A DNA stretch of 64,000 bases from Phoronis australis (lineage: Eukaryota; Animalia; Phoronida). The stretch lies in contig NMRA01000201.1 in assembly GCA_002633005.1 (NCBI GenBank), positions 199,139 to 263,138 on the forward strand. Reading direction: 5' to 3'. The notes below the pieces were generated by a model. It was not told the origin of the DNA and searched no databases. It worked only from the letters and a program-made list of their open reading frames with translations. Position numbers and translations under genes: made by a program. Below, piece by piece: positions 25,829-39,444 of the stretch. Position 1 is the stretch's first letter, and the number at the start of each line of letters is the position of its first letter.

Positions 25829-27088
25829 ATGGCGAAAAATGGAAATCAAACCCAGCCATACACAACGGTTGCTTCTTCTTCTTTCGAGCCATCTTCTGAA
25901 CCTTTTGGAATTACTGCTGAACCTACAACAGAGCCACTGTCAGAGCCGACAACGGAACCGCTGGCTGAAACATTTTCTGAGCCGTCACCAGAATCTACTA
26001 TTGAATCATTTGTTGAACCTGCCTCTGAACCGGGTGTGGAACCGGAATCGGAAGCAAATAATCCGGAACCAACACCGGAAGATGGTTTTGGATATGCTGA
26101 ACCATTGCCCGAATGGCCGGCGTCGAAAGACATTTGGCGGGAGGGCTGGCCGTTGCACGTCTATGGTATCGCTGTTGCACTACTTCTCCTAGCACTATGG
26201 GCAATCGTGAGCACTGTCATCTACGTACGGAACACCAGAGGAATGCCGAAAAAAGAAAAAAGAAAGCGATTGTGGTTACCCCTTTCGCTCAATCACTTAG
26301 TTTTGACCTTTTGCCTCTTAAGAGGAACGCTCATGATGTTCGATGCGTACTCTTTTCAAAAACGAATACCATCGCCATGGTCATTGTTGCTTTGGTCTTT
26401 GGGTTGGCCCTGTCTAACGGGATCGACTAGTTTATTGATGCTTGTTTTGTTGGAAACGACACGTGTGTATTATGGGCCACCAATATGGCGCAGGGGATGG
26501 GTTATCGTCATTTTCACCTCGGTCCACGTCGTTGTCGTTATTGCGTCGGAACTATTGGCGCTGTATGTGATACACGGAAAAATAGCTTTAATCATCTGTC
26601 AAACGTTGGTCTTTGTATTTTTTGCATCACTTGGGGTTGGGTTCCTGTACGTTGGATGCAAGATTCGCAAAAACATTGTTATTGGTCCTGATAAAACTTT
26701 AGCCCGGCAGGAGGACAAAAATATCGCCAAGTTAACCTCCATTGTGTTCGTATGCGGCGCTGCCTCGATCGTGATGAGCATCGCCAATATATATGCAACA
26801 TTTGGCGTTTTTGGCGTGTTATCTACTCTCAAAATCATTGAACCGTGGTCTTGGTGGTCATTCCAGACTGTCCAAAGAATTCTAGAGGTTAATATGTGTA
26901 CAGTGATTCTGGCCGCGTTTTATAAGACGGAGACGACGAAACATAAGAGCGTTGGGCCTCCGTTTCAACAGTCGTCCGCATCTACTAGCGTGCAAATGAA
27001 CAGCTTTGAAAATTCTGGTTCAAGTTACATCGCCAACCAAGCGCCAAAAACGGAAGCTCGGCAAGAACGGAGAAATGAGAACGTCTGA
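25829..27088 (+). CDS. Intronless PRRT3/PRRT4-like multi-pass (7-TM) membrane protein with Glu-Pro-Thr-rich N-terminal ectodomain, 419 aa
   Basis: Long uninterrupted ORF with EP(T/S) repeats and motifs W.LHVYG.A...LLLAL, L..DAY...R.P and LG(W)PCL recalled from PRRT3/4-like proteins. Seven hydrophobic segments; AATAAA at ~27625 and ~27672. Confidence 0.85.
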   Translation: MAKNGNQTQPYTTVASSSFEPSSEPFGITAEPTTEPLSEPTTEPLAETFSEPSPESTIESFVEPASEPGVEPESEANNPEPTPEDGFGYAEPLPEWPASKDIWREGWPLHVYGIAVALLLLALWAIVSTVIYVRNTRGMPKKEKRKRLWLPLSLNHLVLTFCLLRGTLMMFDAYSFQKRIPSPWSLLLWSLGWPCLTGSTSLLMLVLLETTRVYYGPPIWRRGWVIVIFTSVHVVVVIASELLALYVIHGKIALIICQTLVFVFFASLGVGFLYVGCKIRKNIVIGPDKTLARQEDKNIAKLTSIVFVCGAASIVMSIANIYATFGVFGVLSTLKIIEPWSWWSFQTVQRILEVNMCTVILAAFYKTETTKHKSVGPPFQQSSASTSVQMNSFENSGSSYIANQAPKTEARQERRNENV

Positions 27089-28743
27089 AGGCGGTGTGTA
27101 AAAGTGAATGTGTTGTACACAAACTTGAAAGCGTTTCGTCCATGAAGCGAACTTTTGATTTAAGACTCACTTTTACCGCTGTAAAATTGATATCAACTTG
27201 TTCCTCAGATGAGAAAGGATTTCTGTATTCGCAAAGTACTGACACTTCTTTGTTGCTTATAATCGTCAGGGTGTAACGAAATGACACGCCGTGACAAACC
27301 AGCCTGTAGAGCCTGGTCGCAAGTTCTTTGTCAAATCTCTGAAATGCCTTCCAATTTGACTATGGGATAGCTTCAGACTAATTCCATAACAGTAAACGGT
27401 GTAAATCAAACGTTTATTTTATGATGGGAGGTGGGTTTTTTATTTAGCCGAAACCAACAAAAACGGATGAAGTTTGGTTAAAGCGCCATCGCCTGTGCTT
27501 TCGTGTGGAAGCAGACGGTCAAGCTAAATGAATGTAAGAAGTGGTGGATCCCGACCTTAGTTTATCTCGCTGGTACAGGAACAAATCGCCTTAAAGAAAG
27601 TATGGACAAGAAAATCATGAAATACAATAAATACATAGACGCTCAGGTTGGCCAATAGTGAATTTATATCAAATAAACACAGAAAAATCAGGAACCCCAA
27701 TAGAACCATAGGTCTCTAGATTGAAATACAGTGATTAACTCAAAATATTATCAGCATTTTCTTTACCATGACAACTTTTCTTTTGTACCATCACAGGAAA
27801 TTGGAAAGATTTGAGACATAACATCGTCTATTAATTTGCGTGTGACTAGATAGTGAATTGAAAGTAATGCCCCTTTCACACATCCTGTTTTCAGCCGTCA
27901 ACATGATACTGTGGCTAAAGAAAAGTGTCGTATATAGTGAACGGTTTTTTCTTTCGGTCGCCAAGCTTGAATCAGTATCACTGTCTTGAGCTGAGATCGA
28001 CAATCTGTCGTTGGGGCTTTTTAGGCGCGCATTAAATGCAATTGTGTTGTTAGTGTTGTACGTGCGACTGTGTTTGGTTGACACCCTTCCGGGTTCGCCT
28101 TGTCATCAAATATCGCCCTGATTATTAAACCCGTTAAAACTTACGATTCATATAGGTTATTACATGGCGAAGTCGTTATCCCCCGTTATCTAGAGCCCGA
28201 GTGGGTTTTGGAGAATTATCGCCCGAGGGTGTTAGACCAGAGGCGATGGTCCTTGCCTATCGTATGACACGAAATACCGGACAATTGTACTGTGTATATG
28301 TATTTTCTCGTTATGTGGAATAAATATGATGACTGTAATATTGACTTTTTGTGCTTTCCTCACAGCCATGAGCCTAGGTCACCTTTTACACAACTGACGC
28401 CTGACGCGAGTTCAGCCTCAGCTGCCCGGCCGCCCGATTAGAGCGTTCATCTATTACCGTGAGGGCCTTGAAAAACAAATGGAACGCCATGTTTACCATA
28501 ACTTGTCTGGAGGAAAATTTGCTGCCCGGCCGAGGTACTCTGGTTACTGAATTGAAAATATCACGCCGACCGCAGGTACAGGAAATAACACATTAATTCG
28601 AAAAATTTCTCACACAAATGAACCCACAGGTGTAAAGTCTGCAACAGGAATATCAAGCTACACTTATGGGTGTAGTCCGATATCCCTAATGCATAGGTAG
28701 CGAACTTTGTAAGATGAGCACGACGTAATTTTTGCCTTCTTAT

Positions 28744-28900
28744 CAGGGGCGGATCCAGGATTTTGAGTTAGGGGGGACCACAACAGAGTATTAGCCAGGA
28801 TTTTGCCCGTCAGACATTCGCAGCCCCCAACTGCCACATGGAATCTGGGTGAATTTTAGTGGGGGGCATGGACCCCTTGGCCCCTCTAAATCCGCCACTG
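28744..28900 (+). mobile_element. Short hAT-type MITE
   Basis: Ends CAGGGGCGGATCCAG / CTAAATCCGCCACTG with flanks cttat/gttat. Internal sequence is shared with 47599-47825. Confidence 0.7.
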
Positions 28901-29823
28901 GTTATATAAAAATTATTTCACGCGGTATTAAATAAGTCCGAATGTGAATAGAAAATTCTGCAACACTGTAGAGTTAAAGGGACACAAAGGATTTTACAGC
29001 TGAGAATACATTTTAGGAGTTATTTTTGGGTAGGATTGGCTTCTTGAAGTTATTAGCCTTAGCTATTGAACAACAAGATTTGTTTTGTTTTGTGATTTTA
29101 TAGCAAACTGCTGATTCCTAACAAGGACTGCAAGTCAAAGTTAAGTGTTTCGTAGCCTGGTGTCGCGAAAATGACTGACGCGGGTAAGTGTGTAGTGCCG
29201 ATCAAGACCCGCGTGAAAAAAGTCTAGGGCTGATCTCCTGAGTGGTGGTGTGAAAAAAGAGACGAAGAGCCGAAGCACATTGGAGGAGAACTCTAGAATA
29301 CATAAGCATTTGGGAACAAAGTTGAGTGCTTGACTGCCATGAGAGTGCCAGGGTTGAACATTTCCAGAAATGGTGAGTTTTGGCAGAAATTTTTGGACAT
29401 CCATGCTAAGTTTTTATGTTAAGCGCTAACCCGAAATTGGTTTTAAAATACTTATTATGTTTCCCGTCTTTGATTAATGAACAGATCGAAATCCCTGACT
29501 GTATCTCAACATTGTCGAATGATCTCGACTAGTCGGTGGGCATAATTAAGCAAAACTCGTTTTCCTAAATGGGCAAATACGCTAGAAAAAGCGATAACCT
29601 GATACTTAAAATTGCTAACACATTCATTTTTGAGGTTAGCAATAACCAGAGTGCTGTGTTTTTGGACATCATGGCTGAACACTAAAATTACCTGTCGGAC
29701 AAAATGATTAACTTGAAGGTCACGTGGTTCATTAGCCAGGAAAGTCGAGGCTTATTAGGCTCGGGAAGAAAAACACATTCACGTAAGCGTAAGAAAATCG
29801 AAGTATTGTTAGGAAAAAATACT

Positions 29824-29893
29824 CCGAACAACTGTTGTAGTATTGTCCGAACAACTGCTGTAGTATTGTTCGAACAACTGCTGTAGTATTGTC
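29824..29893. repeat. 23-bp tandem repeat x3
   Basis: (c/t)cgaacaactg(t/c)tgtagtattgt repeated three times, directly abutting a hAT-type end at 29894. Confidence 0.85.
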
Positions 29894-30903
29894 CAGTAGC
29901 GGATCTAAGATATCGTAAGGGGGGGGGGCAACATTTTGTCCGGCTGTAAGCATTTGCGGAAACCACGATTGTAGATGCGCATAGTACTTAATGGGGGGAG
30001 GTCGGGAGGGGTTTTGCCCCCCTCCCGCCCAGGAAATTTTTCTGTTTTTTCCTCTAAACATCAAGCATTTTCCTTGATTCCTAAAGTATTATCCAAAAAA
30101 GGCAAAAAAAAAAAACGGAGAACGTGTCAAACAGGAAAACTGCAAAATAGCAATGACTCTTACTCACAACCTGGCGAATAGAGCGCGAATGCTTAACCAC
30201 TACACCACCACGACTTCACTACAAACACTATACTAAGAGACATACTTGTTTATGGTCCACAGCGTTTGCGCGCGAAACCTACTTCTTTTTGTAATGCTTA
30301 TTATACGTTTTATATTTTGTGCAATCGGTTCTTAACAAATTTGTTGTATTTAAAATAGTCTTCAAATGCCCAAAAGACCAAATCCGTGTTTGTTGGCAAT
30401 AATGACGGGATTGCTTTAGAAATCGTCTTAAGTTAAGGTTCGACAAAGAGAGAATTATGAATTTCTGAGTGATTCACTAAGGCTTCGATTAAAATTCATA
30501 TCTTACCAGCAGCTTCTGTTCTTCCATCGTCACTCAGGTTCCATTTTCTTGAAAAAATGAAATAAATTTTCTTCATTGCACAGTAGAGCAGACGACGGAA
30601 ACGGAGTCGTAGTGCGCAGCGCCACTGCCGGTCGCCTGGGATATCGCGGGAGAGCCTATACTTAGTCATAGTTTCGTTACGAATAAGCCGTGTTCCGAAT
30701 TTGACACTTGAAACTGGATCTGAGCCCCCCCCAAACACTAAAACTGCACACATTTAAATGTTGTTTCATCCGTATAATTTTAATTACCGGGGTTAATTAA
30801 TAAACTCAACATTTCCCTACGCTCTTGCTGTTTTATTTTTTTGCGGCAGCCAAGGGNNGGGGGGGGGGGGTGGCGGGCCCCCTGCCCCCCTAAATTCGCC
30901 TAG
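29894..30903. mobile_element. Degraded hAT-type MITE(s) with an embedded tRNA-derived segment
   Basis: Left end cagtagcggatcta...G-run and a possible right end ccctaaattcgcctag. The minus strand at 30156-30214 reads gtcgtggtggtgtagtggttaagcattcgcg...gtgagtaagagtc (A/B box-like). There is a 2-N gap at 30857-30858. Confidence 0.4.
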
Positions 30904-33766
30904 GTTGTCTGAGATAAAATTCAACTTTGCGCATTTATTCACGCTTCAGTGTTGCTAATTGTGTCTCTTTAAATCTGAATTATTTTACTTTGTCGTAAAG
31001 TGCCATTATTATTGACCTAAATTATGATTTGAATAGTGAGATGTCGGCGAGGAAATCCTCCTAGACTTAAATCGCTTTAGGCTGTTATTCTTACATACAG
31101 GTATGGCCATTAATTACGAATTTACTAGGCGTGACAATAATGATTTCTATTTTAATGACCGATCTTGGTTTTATCATATCGCTACAGTCACTCTTTGCAT
31201 GGTCTTGTTTGCAGTAATTATGTCATTAGCTCTTTAAATAACTACATACCCCTTACAAATCTCTCTGTGAAAACAGTTCAGTGACACGACAGAAATATTG
31301 AAAATGACGTATCAATAATTTCTGGTTAGACACTGGCATGAAGTGTTAGGGTAGAATTCTATGTGCATACATACTCACAGACATTCATACTTACATACGT
31401 ATATGTGTGCGTGCGTGCGTGTGTGCTTGCGCGCATGTGCGTAAGTCCATGGATGTTGAGTTTATTAAAAGGAAATCGCGGTTCTTAGGTCACGAACAAT
31501 AGAGGTTGGGTGGGAAGAAAAATGTAGAAAGTTGATTTTTTCAACAATGGTTCCTGGTGAGGTTCGGGTTCAAAATAAGAAAAATCACACAAAATTCCCA
31601 CCCCGGGGTTTCGCATAATTTGCCTAATTTGCATATCAATAAGGTGGGACACAATGGCCGCCAAACGGAAAAGCTTTACATGCTTGAAGACAAAATGATA
31701 AATTTAGGCGAAGTGAACATAAACATATTATGTAAGATGTCAAAATACAAACGCTGTTCACATTAAAAGTCGATGTCTACTAATTCGCTTCAGAAGCTGT
31801 AGGCACCGAAAATTACATCCCTGGGTGTTGCATAATTAGTCTAATTTACATATCAATGAGGTAAAATGGAGCTTCTCATTAAGGATAACTCAACCGTTAC
31901 AATATATCACATTCGTCTAACAATACTTCATCTTCATTCCCGGGGAACTTCAAACACGAAATATATACCGTGTAGCAAAAAAAAACATTAAGCAGAACCA
32001 CCTTGGAACCGAACAACCGCGAGTAAATTTGTTTACTATTTATCCGAGGTCAAAGGTTACGGGGCTGTCACTCAAGTCGAATCTCCCGCCAGGCATAAAG
32101 AAGCTCCGTATATACCCTCAGTCCTTTCATTCACCGAATCGCCAGAATATTGCGTCAACAACGTGTACATGTGATAGAAATACGTCGGGGAAAACGAAGG
32201 CAAAACGTAGTTTTGACCCTAAGGGAACTGAGTGTCTGCATGCATACGACCATTGAGAACAAATGCTACGAGTCGCCTCACGCCTCCGTAACTTTGCGTT
32301 CACGAACACAGCAAGTTGTGAAAAGAGATAAATCCTCACCCAAATTGGTTAATTTGGGTAAATTGACATTTCGCTGTTTCGATCTCATGCTCACGACGCG
32401 CTTTAACCACCGACTCGATTCCTGTATCCATCTCGTACTTTGGTTTCATATCCCGAGTCAGTCTCCCAGCGCGTGGTGTGTCTAACAATGAACTGTTAAC
32501 CACTATGCACCAGCTTGACCCACTTACTATGTTGGCTCCGCCGCATGGCCTAGTTGGACTCGATGTATTGGTAATCGACTTGACTGATTAAACGTTTTTG
32601 TGATAATTAAGTTAATTACGCACTGCAAATTCAGATGACATTGCTTGTGAATGTTGAAATAACGAATGTAGCTAAGGGGTGTATAGGTTATATTGACCAA
32701 AAACAAGTTTTCACCCAATAATTAACCGTAGACCTTGAGACTTTTATCTCTCAACATTTAATCGGCTTTTTCTCGACTTCGACAAATCAACTTAATTTGA
32801 ACACGAGTTCTCGAAAACGGCTGGGTGGATTTCGCTGAAACTTTCCAAACTTAACATTTATTTACCAATCTCAAAAACGCTGTTAGGATTTTGTGATCTA
32901 AATGCTTAGTTTTTGCGTAATGACGAATACGAGTGCTATTTTTTACAAAAAACATTACGTTTTGCAATTTGATTTGTCATAGAAACCAAACGAAAAGACT
33001 GATCAAAAATTCCTAAAAGCGTATTTAAGGTAACTGGTAAAGTTTTAATTTAAAAAAGATTTCATTAATATCGGCAAAGGATTATTTCGCTATGAATATA
33101 CCTTTCTTAAGAATGAAATTTTGACTTAAAAAAGGTTTTTTCTTTCAGAAAACGTAGACTTTTACTAGTTGACAGAGCCTAGTTTTTTCATATGCGAGTT
33201 ACGATAGAGGCCACTAAATAAGATTTAAAATAACCTTTAAGTCACAATGTAAAGCGTATCTGCTAAACTTGAACTAAAGGTCTGGATAATACCTACTTAA
33301 TTAACGACTAGGGTGTGCTATGACACCGTATGTGGATGTTTTTATTAATACATGTAATTTTGACGCCATAGTAGGCCTTTAAAGTCCTTACTCTATTTTG
33401 GAAAGATAGTGCCATTTATTGAATTAAAGGTCAGGGTCAAGGTCATTTGGAGGTTAGAAGCGAAAATTTTCTCGATTTTCGTAATTTTCTTGTGTCTTAT
33501 TTTACATGCAATTTGCAATTTATATGACTGATGACCGTTTGGCTTAACAATATTAAAACATCCAAGATGTTGAGAGAATGGCCACCGGACGGTAAATGAA
33601 AAACTGTACATACTTGGAAACAGATAAAAAGATAATTTTAGGTGAAGTAAAATGTTTACATGATATAAACTTAATAGAGTAACAATATGCGATGTCAAAT
33701 TGGAAATGCAAATCTGCTCGCAATAAAAGTCCATGTCCAGTCATTCATTTCAGAAGGTGCAGACAC

Positions 33767-34037
33767 CGAATTTTCGCATGTTTGACCAAAACATATTGCA
33801 AAACAAAACAACCCGCCTTTCTGACATTTGCACCTTCTTCAGCATGCCACAATGCAACCACAACTGGCAATGTTCATAGCCCTCTTGGTGCATCAGTATC
33901 TATTGACGACAGCATTCCATTAACGATCTCCCAGACCCACTCAGTTGGTCAGCTCTCAAGCTGCTCCCTTACTGCACCTGAACTGTTAGATAAGTTCTGT
34001 ATGAGTAAAACTTCGCAGCGGCTACTGTTGGAGGCAA
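33767..34037 (-). mobile_element. Academ-like (AcademX) DNA transposon C-terminal remnant (XPG-associated region plus Cys-rich CXC finger)
   Basis: Frameshifted peptides LPPTVAAAKFYSYRTYLTVQ / PTEWVWEIVNGML...APRGL / SCGCIVAC*RRCKCQKGGLFC...GQTCEN match the recalled LPPT..A...H..R.Y...W / P.EWGW / C.C...C..RC.C.K.GL.C signature. Confidence 0.65.
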
Positions 34038-37000
34038 TAAAAATGTTTTAGTCAATACGTCGACGTTCTATTACCTTCCGATCTGAGAAGATAAATTGCT
34101 GCATCATGGACAGTAGACAAGATTTCATTTTCTATCAATGTTGATGCTATTTTTATGATGTTGTTTTTACTAAGGCCACTTGGTTGGAAGTTAACGCGCA
34201 ATTGGTCGCCCCCTTTGTCCCCCTTCGTTTTCTCGACAAAGTTACTCTAATTTCGTCTGAGTTTGGAGAATAGTCTTCCCCACGGCAAATTTTCCATGTT
34301 TATCATCTCGCTCAGAGAACGCTGGCATCTTTCACTTGCACCCAGGTATTTACAGAGCTTTAGAAATGTGTCCTACTTCACATCATAAGTTGCACCAGGA
34401 TGACACCCAATCATCCCACTTTCTCCCACGCCTTCTAGCGTGAAATCTAAGTTGACGGTGCTGGTGGTACTTAGTCTCTTCAGCTATGAGTTTTGAATTC
34501 TTAGTCTTACTGTTTCTCTGCCAGGGTCACTTCCTTCGTTGCCTGTTTCTCTTACTGAGTTGCGCCTCCTGAAGAACAATGGCGTGTCAGTCACCTTCAA
34601 TTATTTCTTTGTCGCAATACAGGGAGACCGACTTCACATTAGAGATTGGTGTTTATCCCACGCGCGTTGAATCTGTCGAGGGAAATACGGCCATGAAATA
34701 AAATTTTCCGTATTCACCTCCCGCACTACTTCAACAGCGACCCCTGACATGGAAAGTTCAAAAGGTAAGTCAATGTCGACTCGACGTCTTCAGCCGGTTC
34801 GATCATCAAACTTTCCGAATATAGTTTAAAGTAAAAGTAATATAGTTGCAACAGTGTAACTAACACACGACATGCAACCAGGCCCTAAACGTAAAATTTG
34901 GAACAAAACAGTATATTATAAGACACTTGTGTCTCAGTTTTCAATTGCTGAATACTATATCATCTTCAACTCAGGCGCCGATTCCTAGGAAATTAAAACA
35001 TCAAATTGTTGTTTTTTAACTATTTCCAGGAGATGTTACAAGTTCACTGCCCAGTTGCCGCTGTTTTCATCTTTGCTACCTCTTTTCAAGAAGTAAATCG
35101 TTGCTTTTAAAACTGTTTCTTTTACAAGAGAAAACTTGCAACCTAACGTGCAAGTACATACATACAGGATGTGATTCGCCATGTGAAAAGTCTGGATGAA
35201 GTACTTGAAAATCTGCCGAAAAATGTAAGAAACTTAGGAATTCGAAGCGCATGGGATAAATACACTTCGGTCTTGGTCGATACGCGCAATAAGATCTCGT
35301 GGGATATTACTTCATGTACGCCACTATCGGTACGTTTGTCATCATCGACTTTTCCAAACGCGTGCAAAACACGTTGCAGGGAAGCTTAGGGTGTACGTAC
35401 GTAACATTTTCTGAATATCTGTGGAAATTGTCTTGTGTGGTGGAGCAATTTTGTGACAAGGCTTTAATGAGGGAGGGAGCCTGTCAAAACAGTACGTTAA
35501 ACTTCGGTCGACCACGGGAGTGGAAAATACTGGCACCACTGTGGAGCAGCACGTGTCGGAGATGTCCGAATATTGTTGGGTGAAGCAACATCTGTTTTGA
35601 TGAGACGTATCTGCGAAGATTTGTATAGATGGACCTGATCGGGTTCCGCGGAGCCACTGGCCGAGATAGCAAGCGTTTTGTGTGTTTAGAACTGAAAAAA
35701 ATCGCAAGTCTAAAATTACAACACACAGCTATGCTCTCCTGTCTGTATTTCACGGTCGAATAATTTAAAATATCACCTAACAGACCCCAAACTCCCGCGA
35801 CCGACTTTGGTAAATTGGCCTACCGAACTTTGTAGGCTACGGTACCTTCAAATACCTAAAAACCCGTAACGGCGAGCAGACTGCATTCGAACCTCTGACG
35901 TCATTGGTTAATTTCAACACCTCCGTCTGCCGTCAGGTGTTAGGTAAACGAGCTGTACTTGCTGTTATCGTGTGGAACTACTCAATCTAAATTGATACAA
36001 ATACTGTTTTTGTGTGGCATTCTCCTTTAAATCCGTAAGAGGACTGAGCCCCTCTTCGCCCCTAATCCACCCATGTATTACAGTTAGTTGAGATTTAACG
36101 ATGCCACTAACTACTAAAAAGTTAAAGTGGTAGTTTACAAGACTGTCAAAACAGCATACGAGTACACGACTTCCCCAGGGTAACGACATCATTGTACTCA
36201 CGTAAGATTAGAACAAGCAGGCAATTTATTCCCATAACAGAAGTGTCGGTTCGTAGGAAATCATGCGGGTAGTTTTGAAACCATTTTTACCACCTTTTAT
36301 AATTATCTTCCACATAACAACTCATATAAAGCATTTATCTATACAAGGGAAAGCAACCATAAAATTGCAATGGCGGTGTAAACATTCATAAAGGCCCCAA
36401 TTTGCTTTATTTCCTTTTACATCTGTTTTCCAATCTCCCAACCCATTGACGTATCCCCGCGCCCTCTTTGGGGTTGCTCTTGTTTCCATTCACAAACTTA
36501 GCTACACGAGTATACATAGTAATCCTCCCCGTGTTCTGTATCTTGAAATACTATGAACATTTAACGTTAATCATTTTAGGACTTTTGCTTTTTTTCTAAA
36601 TTATGGACTAAAATTGTAGGCATTCATAATCAATAAATGAGCAGTATCACACTTCGTTACCAAACAACATAAAATCCACATAATTAGAGAAAGTTCCACG
36701 CGGATTCATAAATCACATTTGTCGACCCACTACTAAGTCTACAGAGAAAACTGCATTACATCTCGTTGAGCAAACATTTTTGACACAATCGTGAAATTCT
36801 GTTCCCACGTTTTCATTTACGTAAGTACAGACCCGATATCTTATTGAGCCATTTGAATTTCGAACGCATTAAGACGCACAATTTTGAAATTGTAGAAATA
36901 AACGTGGCACTTTTTTTGAAACACTTGTTATGCTGCTGAGTGTTGGCAAACATCATGGTGAATAAATCTAATTCGACTTATCGCCATTTTGGGAAATGGC

Positions 37001-37989
37001 CTAAACTGAAACTGATTAGAAACGTGAAAACACGCGATGAAAAGACACCTTGTATTTTGTCAATAAATTTGTGTAATTGCTACTGTCGTCAAGAGGTCTG
37101 TTTATCAGAGAATCTTATTTGTCACATTTTATTGCATTCGAGGTCAGAGGCCCAAAGTACAATTATAACAAACATATGTACAAGCACAGTTAAATACAAA
37201 ACATCGAGTTATGATACGATTCTAATCTAAGGTCATGTTGTATAGAGCAGAGCAATTGTCGCATTAGCGATGCCTTCACGACTGTAAAAGACTGGATAAA
37301 CTAAATACATATATCGTGAATTAAAACTGACGATTTTTATCTGCTTGGCTTCTGAAATTGAATTCCTCAAAACAAGATATGTTCTTACACTAAGAAATGC
37401 AACATTAGGTTTCGGTTCTCTGGTACTCGTTGATGAACGACTTTAGTAACTCTAGGTAATATTACCCTGCGAGTTGTGATGCTGGGCAAAAGCGCACAGG
37501 AACGCATAAACATGTACTAGATTGACATTTAGACTAGCTTTGATAATAGAAACCGTTGTCGAGGTGGTTCTCATTCGCTACAGCGCCCCCTAAAGTTCAT
37601 AACTGCCTGTTTGGTAACAATTACTCTACGTGCGTATCGTATTGTCGACAAGAGTTCAAGAATAACACGATTAATTACTGTCAGACAAACAATTACTAGT
37701 ACCATTATCTTCCGAAGCCACCAGTTAAAAAAAAATATTGCTAAAGCGAATTCTTCTTTGAAATATGCACCGGGTTACCTGTAAATTGTCAGGTTCACTG
37801 GTTCGAGAAAATTGTCAAAAGAAATATTCATCAGCAAGAGGAACCTTTCGGAAGTAATAGGTCGATTCACATCCTCCTGATTGAATCCCGAGGGTAAACA
37901 TAAGATAACCTTGATAACGAGCATATCTATTATTAGCATTGAAATGTAATTGGTCGTGAGTGAAATAGACACCGTCGTATCCTGTCACC

Positions 37990-38078
37990 TGACCATCATA
38001 ATTGTCGTTATCATCATCTTACTCATCCTTTTTTCGTCGTCATGAATGTCATTGCCATCGTCATCATCACCATACAAC

Positions 38079-38110
<32 letters not shown>

Positions 38111-38350
38111 CATCACACACGCCATCATCATCATCACCATCACGTTCATCATCATCATCATCATGATAGTCATCATCATCATCAGCCGCACATTTGTCAT
38201 CATGACCATCACATTCGTCATCCCCATCGCTAACACTGCGGCATTATCACTGGCATTGTTACCTTCAACTCCACCTTTTCATGATCCATGCAACCATCCT
38301 CATCGTTGCCACCATCACTTTCACCAGCACCATCACCATCAGCAGTAGCA
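37990..38350. repeat. Imperfect (CAT)n microsatellite
   Basis: Visible CAT/CAC-rich run that generates spurious poly-His/Ile/Met ORFs. Confidence 0.92.
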
Positions 38351-39146
38351 GTGAAGAAAATATTCCCAAAATATTTGGGATTCAAATATTCATTTACTTA
38401 ATAATTGAAATGACATTCACCTCTACTAGCCACACGAGTTCATAGGCATACATCTTAGAATTGCACGATTCAGGCTAACAGTTCAAATCAATTATGTCAA
38501 CACCCGGAGGTTTTATAATCAACAACTCACAGGGACCACTGCGCGTACTGGTGAATGATCTTCAAGTCTTCACGTACGCGCATACAAAGAGTGCGCAGAG
38601 GTCTGCACAAGGTCTCAGCAGTTCAGTCTATTCGCTGTCTGCTCCAGGTCGCGGAGATCTGTAGCCAGCTTCGATCTCACCAATGTGGTAACGACAATAG
38701 AGCAATAATTTTTGCTTGTTTACTTCATCTCTTGGGATTCACAGCTGTTTTTGTTTTCAGGTTACAGAAACAAAGCTGAGCATAAAACGGTCAATTTCCC
38801 AATGGTCTTTCTGTTCAGGTAGTCAAGACATGCGTTGTTACAGAAAGTTTTACTCTCGCATAATATTTCATTTCAGACCTTTTGTATGCTGTCATATGAA
38901 CACTAATTGCACATGGTGATTTCCTGCTTTACATATCTCATTTATTATAAAACGTAATTAATAGGGGTAGAAGGGCATTCTGCTCACTCACTGACAATAT
39001 TAGCGATGGTAATCGAGCCTTTACCACGAAACGAACACTTGACATAGTGAAATCCCCGGCAGAGAGACTTTCCTACTTTCCACAATATCAAATGAGTTCG
39101 ATTGCCACCTCTGAATATCATGACTTCTATATAGATAAATATAAAT

Positions 39147-39444
39147 AAGGCTAAAAATCACGATTGGCTCTGGTCTATACCCCGACTTTTTTTCAGACCT
39201 GAGCTCACGGACGTAACAAGTTCAGCCAAGCTATCTTTTTTGAAAAGCTGCACAAAGAAACGTAAGCAAGTGTAAGCAAAAGATCGAAACGCCAAGCGAT
39301 GAGTAAAAGAAAAAAAAATCCCGCATCATTTTGTCGTCTCAGGTGGATTTCCTTTTCTTTTTTAAAAAAGTGAGCAACTAAAGCCACTGACCGACTCGAT
39401 TTTCCGAAGAAATACAGACCAGAACCAACATGTTTTTTGGACTA
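39147..39444. mobile_element. Unclassified MITE
   Basis: Inverted ends aaggctaaaaatcacgattggctctggtctata / tacagaccagaaccaacatgttttttggacta. Confidence 0.5.

Noticed and set aside
25713-26838. Overlapping alternative-frame ORFs in the 7-TM gene
   Set aside because: By-products of a repetitive, stop-poor coding sequence.
35143-35753. Cluster of overlapping short ORFs
   Set aside because: No identifiable protein motif or exon structure; likely decayed repeat sequence.
37985-38348. Poly-His / poly-Ile / poly-Met ORFs
   Set aside because: These are translations of a (CAT)n microsatellite.
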